From positions 137,986 through 201,985 of the forward strand of contig JBHLRZ010000002.1 of NCBI GenBank assembly GCA_048882045.1: a DNA stretch of 64,000 nucleotides, written 5' to 3'. The notes below the pieces were generated by a model. It was not told the origin of the DNA and did no database searches. It saw only the letters and a program-made list of their open reading frames with translations. The first letter of the stretch is position 1; every line of letters starts with the position of its first letter. Of the stretch, positions 56,402-64,000 are shown piece after piece. Source of the stretch: Candidatus Thorarchaeota archaeon. GTDB lineage: Archaea > Asgardarchaeota > Thorarchaeia > Thorarchaeales > Thorarchaeaceae. The position numbers were made by a program, and so were the translations under genes.

Positions 56402-57312
56402 CCTAAAATCAGTTTTAGAACTGCCATCCGAAGGATTACTCCATTGTGGACCTGATCAAAGTACTTTGCATGAGGTGTCTCATCGATAGCTGGATCAAGT
56501 TCGTCTACTCGAGGGAGAGGATGAAGAATGGTTGTGTCCTCGTTCATCAGCTTGAGATCGTCAGCTGCAATTCTGAATCTTCCCTTGACCTTGTCATACT
56601 CGCGAATGTCTGGAAACCGTTCTTTCTGGATTCGAGTCATATAGACGACATCAACATTTTTGACTGCGTCCTCAACGCTCTCGACTTCCTCGACTTCTAC
56701 CCCTGCTTTCATCATTTCACTGATGATGGTTGGTTTCATTCGCAATGTCTGAGGTGCCGCCAGCTTGATCTTGACATCATAGTGGCTAAGTCCCATTCCA
56801 AGGGAGTGGACTGTACGGCCATACTTGAGGTCTCCACAGAGTGATATGGAGAGACCGTCAATCTTGCCTTTCATCTTCTTTATCGAATAGAGGTCAAGTA
56901 GTGCCTGAGTTGGATGTTCTTCCGATCCACTTCCTGCATTGATGACTGGGATGCTTGAGAACTCTGCAGCTACTCTTGCTGAACCATCCAATGGATGTCT
57001 CATCACAATGACATCCGAATACCTCTCCACTGTCCGGATAGTGTCAGCCAAAGTTTCTCCTTTGCCACCTGCACTGGATGTCCCTGCCTCAGCAAAACCA
57101 AGTACACTCCCGCCCAGTCTGAGCATCGCACTTTCAAATGACAAACGAGTACGAGTGGAAGGCTCAAAGAAGAGGACCGCCATTATTTTGGAATCAAGGT
57201 CCTTGCTTCTTTTTATTGAAACATCCTCCATCTTTGCAGCCATATCAAGGATATGATCAATCATCTTCCTATCCAAGTCATGAATACTGATTAGGTTCTG
57301 AAGCTCACCCAT
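56398..57312 (-). CDS. pyrB: Aspartate carbamoyltransferase catalytic subunit
   Basis: FFEPSTRTRLSF, INAG.G..EHPTQALLD, GDLKYGRT, YMTRIQKER, HPLPR. Confidence 0.97.
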   Translation of the reverse strand: MGELQNLISIHDLDRKMIDHILDMAAKMEDVSIKRSKDLDSKIMAVLFFEPSTRTRLSFESAMLRLGGSVLGFAEAGTSSAGGKGETLADTIRTVERYSDVIVMRHPLDGSARVAAEFSSIPVINAGSGSEEHPTQALLDLYSIKKMKGKIDGLSISLCGDLKYGRTVHSLGMGLSHYDVKIKLAAPQTLRMKPTIISEMMKAGVEVEEVESVEDAVKNVDVVYMTRIQKERFPDIREYDKVKGRFRIAADDLKLMNEDTTILHPLPRVDELDPAIDETPHAKYFDQVHNGVILRMAVLKLILG

Positions 57313-57370
57313 CGGTGCAACACCTACTATAGCTGCAACTGGACCAGATGTTCTTTAACTTTTCCAGAAA

Positions 57371-57880
57371 CTAGGTTGAGTTCCTTCCATACTTTCGAGG
57401 AATTTCCACTTGGCGAAGATTCAGATTGGCTTCTTTGACGAGCTGAGCTGCCAGCTCGTCTTCATAATCCTCGATGTATATTATCTCATGAATTCCTGCG
57501 TTAATGAGCATCTTCGTGCAGATGCTACAAGGTTTGGTTGTACAGTAAATTTTGGCGCCGTTCACGCCGATACCATGAAACGCAGCTTGGATGATCGCAT
57601 TCTGTTCTGCGTGAAGACCTCGACAGAGCTCATGTCTTGTGCCTGGTTTTACACCCAATTCCTCCCTCAAACAGCCAACGTCTGCACAGTGTGGCAATTT
57701 CTTTGGAGCTCCATTGTATCCGGTGCTTAGAATTTGTGAGTCCATTACTATGACTGCACCTACCTGATTTCGAATACATGTGCTTCGTGAAGACACAAGG
57801 TCTGCAATCTCTGAGAAATAGACATCTTTGCTCTTTCGGGTCAAGTCTAAACATCCTTCTGTTTCTTTGAAAACTGGCAA
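57371..57880 (-). CDS. dCMP deaminase family protein
   Basis: RSTC.R.QVGA, TGYNG.P, HAEQNA, PCSIC. Confidence 0.92.
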   Translation of the reverse strand: MPVFKETEGCLDLTRKSKDVYFSEIADLVSSRSTCIRNQVGAVIVMDSQILSTGYNGAPKKLPHCADVGCLREELGVKPGTRHELCRGLHAEQNAIIQAAFHGIGVNGAKIYCTTKPCSICTKMLINAGIHEIIYIEDYEDELAAQLVKEANLNLRQVEIPRKYGRNST

Positions 57881-57992
57881 GGTTTCTCACTTATCAAGTT
57901 CTTCGTTGGTCTATCAAATTCAGTGTGTCTTCAGATGCGAAAGATAAAAAGTACATCAGAAAGAGAGCAAACAGAACTGGAAGTTTAGTGAA

Positions 57993-58352
57993 ATGAGAAA
58001 ACATGATGGGAAGTTGATCATCTGGCCTGCATATTTCGAGAAGAACTACACAAGAGCAGAAGGCAGAAGAGTTCCTAGCAATCTTGCAGCTACTGATGTT
58101 ACCATCAAGATACTAGAAGCCGCAGCACAATCCTCGGGATTTGAATGTGAGATTGAATCCGAGAAACGTTACACCCGTAATCCCAGTGGCAAGAAGGGAT
58201 ATCTCATCATAAATAACTCTGAAAACCATAAGAAGAAGCGAGTCCTTCTTATGCTTGCCAAAGGAGTTCGTCGAGCTGTTGCACAGCGTGAATCAGCCAG
58301 AATCGAGGCTGAAAAGAAGAAGGGTAAGGGCAAGAAGAAGCGTCGTAAATAA
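57993..58352 (+). CDS. srp19: Signal recognition particle protein SRP19
   Basis: IIWPAYF....R.EGRRVP..LA, K.Y.R. Confidence 0.9.
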   Translation: MRKHDGKLIIWPAYFEKNYTRAEGRRVPSNLAATDVTIKILEAAAQSSGFECEIESEKRYTRNPSGKKGYLIINNSENHKKKRVLLMLAKGVRRAVAQRESARIEAEKKKGKGKKKRRK

Positions 58353-58357
58353 TCTGA

Positions 58358-58606
58358 ATGGTGAACCAATTGAGACGACTGGGTAAGGTTCTTCACATCT
58401 CCAAACGGGGGTCGATTATTCTCCGAACAGACAAGACTCCTCCAGTCGGTGATCGGTCCATAGTCTTAGACAAGAAAGCTCAAGAGGTAGGGAACATCAT
58501 TGATGTGTTTGGACCTGTGAAAACACCATATGTTGCCATCCGCCCAAAAGACAAAACTGACCCCAAAAAACTGGTTGGTCAGATGCTCTATCTTCAGAAA
58601 AAGTGA
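58358..58606 (+). CDS. gar1: H/ACA RNP protein Gar1
   Basis: LG.VLH, G.I.DVFGPV..PYV.IRP. Confidence 0.92.
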   Translation: MVNQLRRLGKVLHISKRGSIILRTDKTPPVGDRSIVLDKKAQEVGNIIDVFGPVKTPYVAIRPKDKTDPKKLVGQMLYLQKK

Positions 58607-58731
58607 TGTACAGAAATGTACATAGATGTATTGTTCAATACGCCATTTGGCGATAATGGCGAGCCTCTTCCGATTATTTAATATCATCTCGTGTAGTTCG
58701 TTTGATGTTGCCACGTGTCTATTCAAAGGTC

Positions 58732-59091
58732 ATGGTGATGAACGATGTCGACCAGATCCTGAAGGCTCTAAACGACGCAGGTGAAAAGGGTCTACTCATC
58801 GAGGAACTCGCGGATAGATTGGGTATCGACAATGCAAAAGCAACTACAATAATTGAAACATTAATGTCCGAGGGACTCGTAATGCAGAAGCAAGAACTGA
58901 AAGAAGAAAGATATGCAATGAAAATCCCCGTCGCTGATGAAGCAGAACCCGCTGGACTGTCCGATATGGATGGTTGCCCGTGTTTCCATTGCCTCAGGAT
59001 TAGCAGATGTGGAGTAAGACAACCAGACTCTCCAGTCACATGTAGAGAGATTGAGGATTGGATGGGTGCTGATATTACAATAACTAGTTAG
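58732..59091 (+). CDS. RPC34/TFE-beta-like winged helix plus Fe-S domain protein
   Basis: N-terminal wHTH; C-terminal PCFHC....C......P..C..I..W. Confidence 0.8.
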   Translation: MVMNDVDQILKALNDAGEKGLLIEELADRLGIDNAKATTIIETLMSEGLVMQKQELKEERYAMKIPVADEAEPAGLSDMDGCPCFHCLRISRCGVRQPDSPVTCREIEDWMGADITITS

Positions 59092-59728
59092 TATTCTCAC
59101 TAGACCTCTGCCTAGGTCCTATTGCTAGAAGATAGATTTCCGCACTAGTCTTTCTAGAAGCATCAGGTTTGATCAGTTTAACAGAGTTGTACGTCTTGCG
59201 GATATCTTGTAAAAACTCTTGAAAACCTGGGCCCTGAAACACCTTTGTAAGCACTTTCCCTTTGTTTCCTAGTAGATTCTGTGCAATGTCGAATGTTCCC
59301 TCAACAAGTGATAGTTGTCTGACCACATCGAGTTCCCACTGACCGGTTACCTTTGGAGAACAGTCTGATATGACAAGATCCACAGACCCTCCCGTCAGCG
59401 TCTTGATCCTCTCTATTGTATCCGTTTCTAGAATGTCCCCTTGAACAAATTGCACACCCTCTATAGGATTCATTGCATCAATATCAACTGCAACAATCTT
59501 TAGATTTGGATCCAACTCACGTAGAACCTGAGTCCACCCTCCAGGACTACTGCATAGTTCTACCACACGATCGACCCCAAGAAGGAGCTTGTGAGTCTTG
59601 GCAATCTGTCGTAACTTGTAAGCTGACCTACTCCTGTATCCATGCTTCTTGGCTGCTTGATAATAACGTTCTTTCTTTCGAGCCTTTTCGCCGCCGCGTG
59701 GTCTACCCAATATGTTCTCACCTCTCAT
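59084..59728 (-). CDS. rlmE: 23S rRNA 2'-O-methyltransferase RlmE/FtsJ
   Basis: YY..AK..GYRSRSAYKL, PGGW.QV, SD..P..TG, KVFQG, KP.ASR..S.E.Y. Confidence 0.95.
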   Translation of the reverse strand: MRGENILGRPRGGEKARKKERYYQAAKKHGYRSRSAYKLRQIAKTHKLLLGVDRVVELCSSPGGWTQVLRELDPNLKIVAVDIDAMNPIEGVQFVQGDILETDTIERIKTLTGGSVDLVISDCSPKVTGQWELDVVRQLSLVEGTFDIAQNLLGNKGKVLTKVFQGPGFQEFLQDIRKTYNSVKLIKPDASRKTSAEIYLLAIGPRQRSSENTN

Positions 59729-60923
59729 TGAGTTCTGAAATAACTGCCATCATTTCTTTTACGGATGCTGTTGTCCTTATTCCAGTAGATTTGAAGTGTG
59801 TCCTTACTGCACTGAATCCCTGGTCCCTTAGTAGTCTTATAACCTCTATATTCTTTGGTGGAGTAAGACCGTGAAGATCACATAGTGCATGTATATCGAT
59901 GAATGGATAGTCTGTATATTCTGACTCTTCGATCATTTTCTCAAGTATTTCAGACACTCGTCGGTGAAGATCAACCCGGTTCTCCTTCTCGAATAGTTTG
60001 ATTGTGTCCTTTAGGAACTGTTTCTTGAACAGCGGCCCATTCCAAAGTGGTCCCGCTATCTTGACAGGTCCTTTACATCCGTCGATCTTGTGGTTGAACT
60101 CATCAATTTGAAGAGCCTGAGTGACTGGAGCTCCTTCAGTATGCATACATCCTAAACAGTAGTGGATGGTTCCAAGTTGGTTTGTTTGACGATTAGCTTT
60201 GGTTCGATTTGCTTCTACTCTTACCCAGGTCCTGACGTAGTGGTCTGTACTTAAGACCGTTAGAGGTTCAATTGAACAATCGTTCAGTCCTGCTATACTA
60301 TATACTAATCCGTTAAGAAGTCGTATTGCAATCTCATGAGTGAATGGCGCTCGAGTTGAAAATCCTCCATATCGCCGAAGTGCTATCTTTGGATAGACTC
60401 CACAGAGAACTGGCATGTCTGTTGCAGTCACTGCCAGAAGGCCTCCCTTTGGACTGAGGGACTGTATCGCTGCATTGAGATACGGTGCAGGTGTACCAAA
60501 TGGGTCAACATCAACATAATCGAAACGTTTCTCTCGTGACTCTGTCAGTAACAGGACTTTGGCATCACCATGCATTACTTCTGCTCTGTTTGCTAAATTC
60601 AGATTCTCAATATTCTTTCTTGCAGTTTTAACTGCCAGTGGATTTGCATCGAACATCTTGGCTTGAAATTCCCCAGGACATTCAACTAGATATCTCAGAG
60701 TCCGTACACCAGAACCCGTCAATGGCTCACAAATCGAGTCAATGTGATGCTTCTGTAAATACGCTGAGAGGAAAAGTACAGATAGGTCTCTGTTGAGCCG
60801 CATTCGTGGATTGTAAAAGACGGGAAGATTGGTCCCCGGTTGCTTCTTATTCTCACTGTAGTGGTCCACATCTGCGCTCAGGAATGTTGTCCTACCTTCA
60901 GTGTATTCTTTCTCGACTGTCAT
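59718..60923 (-). CDS. trm1: tRNA (guanine26-N2)-dimethyltransferase
   Basis: VFYNP.M..NRD.S, GSGVR..RY, D.DPFGTP, TATD...LCG, GPLW.G.L, RTHF..TG.RT.A. Confidence 0.95.
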   Translation of the reverse strand: MTVEKEYTEGRTTFLSADVDHYSENKKQPGTNLPVFYNPRMRLNRDLSVLFLSAYLQKHHIDSICEPLTGSGVRTLRYLVECPGEFQAKMFDANPLAVKTARKNIENLNLANRAEVMHGDAKVLLLTESREKRFDYVDVDPFGTPAPYLNAAIQSLSPKGGLLAVTATDMPVLCGVYPKIALRRYGGFSTRAPFTHEIAIRLLNGLVYSIAGLNDCSIEPLTVLSTDHYVRTWVRVEANRTKANRQTNQLGTIHYCLGCMHTEGAPVTQALQIDEFNHKIDGCKGPVKIAGPLWNGPLFKKQFLKDTIKLFEKENRVDLHRRVSEILEKMIEESEYTDYPFIDIHALCDLHGLTPPKNIEVIRLLRDQGFSAVRTHFKSTGIRTTASVKEMMAVISELNER

Positions 60924-61008
60924 CTACCATTAGGAAGACCTTCAAGATTGCTAATAAGCAGAATGGCACAGCAAGCACCTTCCACAACTCCTAAGAAGGT
61001 ATAGTCGT

Positions 61009-61521
61009 GTGAATCCTAGAGGCGACTTAATTTTGCCAACAAGAATTAAGATACAAACAGAAAAGGGCGACATCGTCGGAGAGCTCTGGAACGACGATGC
61101 AATCAACACAGTCAAGAATTTCGTAACACTTGCACAGAGTGGATATTATGACGAAGTGACATTCCATAGAGTCATACCTGAATTTGTTATCCAAGGCGGT
61201 GATCCCACAGGGACTGGTTCTGGTGGTCCTGGCTATGCCATACCCTGCGAAACACGAGGACATAGACAGAAGCACCAAGAGGGTGCGTTCTCAATGGCAC
61301 ATGCTGGAAGAGATACTGGAGGAAGCCAGTTCTTTATAGTCCTCACTAGGGAGAAAACCAAACACCTTGACAGACAACACACTGTGTTCGGTCAAGTCAC
61401 TGAAGGGCTCGAAATACTACCCCTGATAAAACAAGGCGATAAGATGCTAAAGGTAGAAGTCCTTGAGGTTGATCCTGTTATCGAGTCACACGAGCTTCAG
61501 AAACTAAAATCTTGGAGATGA
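61009..61521 (+). CDS. Cyclophilin-type peptidyl-prolyl isomerase
   Basis: TV.NF..LA..GYYD...[45 protein letters not shown]. Confidence 0.96.
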   Translation: MNPRGDLILPTRIKIQTEKGDIVGELWNDDAINTVKNFVTLAQSGYYDEVTFHRVIPEFVIQGGDPTGTGSGGPGYAIPCETRGHRQKHQEGAFSMAHAGRDTGGSQFFIVLTREKTKHLDRQHTVFGQVTEGLEILPLIKQGDKMLKVEVLEVDPVIESHELQKLKSWR

Positions 61522-61530
61522 ATTGAAAAG

Positions 61531-61553
61531 AGCAGGTAACTCAGTTACCTGCT
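61531..61553. terminator. Hairpin between convergent genes
   Basis: AGCAGGTAAC-TCA-GTTACCTGCT perfect 10-bp stem, A-rich 5' flank and T-rich 3' flank. Confidence 0.65.
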
Positions 61554-61563
61554 TGTTTCCGCT

Positions 61564-62244
61564 CTACTCTAATGAGTACTCTTCTCCTTCTTCCAGAACT
61601 ACAACCTTGATGTCTGATTGGGACTCTACTTTCTCTTTGAAGATAGTTGGATTTGCACCTTTCAGATGCATCGGGATGGCAACCTTTGGTTTAATCTTCA
61701 GTGCAGCTTCTGCAGCCTCCTCAAGGTCCATAGTATACGTGTCACCGACAGGAAGCAGGGCTACATCAACATCAGCATCATATAGATTCTCCATCTCCTT
61801 AATCAAATCGGTATCTCCAGCGTGGTAGATCTTCTTCTCTCCAATTTTCACAAGGAAACCTACACCGAATCCCTTAGGATGAAACGGTTCGCCGTTTGGT
61901 CGAAGTCTTTTGACATTGTATGCCTCAGTTGCCCAGACTGTTTCCTCGCTAGTTGCCATCTTCATGAACTGACCGGGACCCAAATCCCACACTACACCTC
62001 CTTTGATCTCCCTCTTCAGATTTGGAGGAGCAATTATCGGACTTCCAAATTTGCGGATGTCCTTGAGCAGTTTCTTGTCAAAATGGTCTTCGTGACCGTG
62101 AGTCACAAGAATCATGTCTGCAGGTTCGAAGTCCTTCTTGTTCAGACCAGTATATTTTGTCGATGGATCAATGTAGATAATCCGGCCGTTTTCAGTCTTG
62201 ATTTGGAAGCTGGCATGCGCCAAGTATCTAATCGTGATGCTCAT
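61564..62244 (-). CDS. MBL-fold metallo-hydrolase (UPF0173-like)
   Basis: HASF, IDP, THGHEDH, YHAGDT, IPMH. Confidence 0.9.
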   Translation of the reverse strand: MSITIRYLAHASFQIKTENGRIIYIDPSTKYTGLNKKDFEPADMILVTHGHEDHFDKKLLKDIRKFGSPIIAPPNLKREIKGGVVWDLGPGQFMKMATSEETVWATEAYNVKRLRPNGEPFHPKGFGVGFLVKIGEKKIYHAGDTDLIKEMENLYDADVDVALLPVGDTYTMDLEEAAEAALKIKPKVAIPMHLKGANPTIFKEKVESQSDIKVVVLEEGEEYSLE

Positions 62245-62334
62245 TTCTTCACCAAGTTTTGGTGTGATTCCACTTCGTATATGTGTTTCATATGATAATA
62301 CAGTTTATCGGGAGGTTGGGAGATTAACGAAGAC

Positions 62335-63234
62335 ATGCCCCTTCGATTTGGTATTACAGCCCTAGAGTTCTATGATGTCGCTAGAAGAGTAATTATTGAT
62401 GGTGTTCCTAACTTCTCGAGATTGGATGTTGCGGAGATTGTTAGGGAGGCTGTTTCTGATGGCTTTTCTATTATTGAACTCTCGATGGACGTGAAACACA
62501 TCATTCCTGGTTCTTTAACAGAGGACTCAATAAGTCGTCTAGTCGATCTGGCTGAAGAGCTTGGGCACTCATATACCGTGCATCTACCATTTTGGTCAGT
62601 GGAACTAGCATCCTTCAATGAACACATTCGCAAGGGAGGTGTAGATAGTACTATAGATGCCATCGAACTGGCAAGACCTCTCGAACCAGAGGCGTATGTC
62701 CTACATACAACGGGTGAACTTGCCGCATACTTCTCGGGATTACCATATGGACTTGATACCATCCGCTTGATTAGTACACTACTCGCAGGCTATGCCGCAG
62801 CGAGCATTGAAGACATAATCAGTCGAAGTGAAATCAATCCTAGAAAACTAGCCATCGAGAATGTGATTTTTCCTTTTGATGTCATGCGCGACTTGATTGA
62901 CGATCTAGACACCAGTATCTGTTTTGACATTGCACATCTGCTCTCTCGTATGTCAGGTACTGAGTCCGTCATGGACTTTTATAACTCCCACAAAGATCGC
63001 ATCACCGAGATTCATCTACAGGATGCCACTTACAAGGAGTATGAGGATGCTGTCGTACGCGAGGACCATGTCCCCCTCGGTCGAGGAATAATGGATGAAA
63101 CTGTCTTGCGGGAATTTCTGTTGGACTTGGTCAAAGACAAGTTTGATGGACCTGTAATATTCGAACTGACAAGGGATGAAGCAAAAGAGTCACTGAATCT
63201 CATCAGGAATGTTGTTCCTGAGTCTCTGGCTTAG
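62335..63234 (+). CDS. Xylose isomerase/AP endonuclease 2-like TIM barrel protein
   Basis: TVHLP, VLH, IEN, CFDIAH, EIHLQD, DH.PLG.G, IFE. Confidence 0.85.
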   Translation: MPLRFGITALEFYDVARRVIIDGVPNFSRLDVAEIVREAVSDGFSIIELSMDVKHIIPGSLTEDSISRLVDLAEELGHSYTVHLPFWSVELASFNEHIRKGGVDSTIDAIELARPLEPEAYVLHTTGELAAYFSGLPYGLDTIRLISTLLAGYAAASIEDIISRSEINPRKLAIENVIFPFDVMRDLIDDLDTSICFDIAHLLSRMSGTESVMDFYNSHKDRITEIHLQDATYKEYEDAVVREDHVPLGRGIMDETVLREFLLDLVKDKFDGPVIFELTRDEAKESLNLIRNVVPESLA

Positions 63235-63242
63235 TATGAACT

Positions 63243-63635
63243 CTATCCCTTCTGCCCCAACAACCATTTGATACGGTCTCGAGCAATGATGTAGTGGATG
63301 ATGACAAGTGCTCCGTAAATCAGACCAAGATAAAACAACTCGCCTGCGAACATTATCCAAAATGCCAGTCCTAGAACTAGGAATTCGAGTAATAGACGCA
63401 CTGCTCCCGGAACTGGAACTGGTGCACCCCCAGACCGACTGGGGTCATTTGGAACAGCAAAGGTTCCCCAAAGGACTGCTACGATTATTGGAGCACCGAT
63501 CATTAGTACATAGTTGAACAATCCAAAGTTCTGATTCAGTCCCCAGTATCCATATACAACAAGTGCCCAAAGTTCGAGAATGAACCGCAACAGGTCGTTG
63601 GCACCCACAGACTTCCTTTCATTAACCTCTCTCAT
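63243..63635 (-). CDS. YrdB/DUF2568-family membrane protein
   Basis: N..LRF.LEL..L..YGYWG, P......WG.FA.P, RLLLE; start ATG 63635. Confidence 0.82.
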   Translation of the reverse strand: MREVNERKSVGANDLLRFILELWALVVYGYWGLNQNFGLFNYVLMIGAPIIVAVLWGTFAVPNDPSRSGGAPVPVPGAVRLLLEFLVLGLAFWIMFAGELFYLGLIYGALVIIHYIIARDRIKWLLGQKG

Positions 63636-63700
63636 AGGACTGTCCCCTGGACAGCAAGATGAAATTAACAATTGTTAATATATCTTGTTCTATGCTCTGA

Positions 63701-64000
63701 TTAAGGATAACAGAGTTCCCACGTCGGTTGGAAACTGTGGATTAGAAGCATGATCTCGTTGTAGTCGTCTTCCCCCATCACTAGTCTTGGACAAATCGCC
63801 TCATCATTGAGGTACACCCCAAAGTGAACATGGTCAAACTCTATAGGTTTCAAGAATCTAGCAATCTGATCTCCCTTCGCCACCCAATCTCCCACTTCTA
63901 CATCCAACATCGCAACCTGCTGAGCTCTCAATGTTTCATTGGCATTTCCTTCGAACCCATATTCTAACCAGACAGAGTCGTTGAATTGAATATGCACACC
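63701..64000 (-). CDS. M23 peptidase-like domain (5' truncated by window edge)
   Basis: V.VGD.V.KGD.I, HVHFGV......CP. Confidence 0.65.
   Translation of the reverse strand, partial: GVHIQFNDSVWLEYGFEGNANETLRAQQVAMLDVEVGDWVAKGDQIARFLKPIEFDHVHFGVYLNDEAICPRLVMGEDDYNEIMLLIHSFQPTWELCYP

Noticed and set aside
1-64000. CRISPR array, transposase, integrase, rRNA
   Set aside because: No regularly spaced repeats or matching ORFs/motifs seen by eye.

Overview
Core-genome window of an archaeon, most consistent with Asgard archaea (probably Thorarchaeia). This placement is inferred from gene content, not from a phylogeny. It contains: an eL15-Rpp30-Pop5 operon; a QmoAB-like/HdrBC flavoprotein-FeS cluster ending in an unusual 753-aa tandem winged-helix/ferredoxin protein; a replication/transcription cluster (METTL5-like, Csl4, RpoL, TFS, RPA3, PCNA, PriS, GINS) divergent from cdc6 with ORB-like boxes between them; DP1; rpl3-4-23-2; cdrS-ftsZ; H4MPT Wood-Ljungdahl genes (ftr, fwdC, mch); and a HypD-like glycyl radical enzyme lacking the usual CxE glutamate. 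There are three intron-containing tRNAs: Ser-TGA and Thr-GGT with two introns each, and Pro-TGG with one. The most notable unexplained items are: (1) a ~222-nt promoter-preceded, multi-stem RNA candidate at 7025-7246; (2) single cargo genes bracketed by decayed copies of tRNA 3' ends at two tRNAs, where one copy matches the spliced rather than the intron-containing T-loop; (3) structured 5' leaders on rpl15e and rpl3. No CRISPR array, transposase or integrase was seen. All family assignments come from motif recognition by eye; no searches were run.
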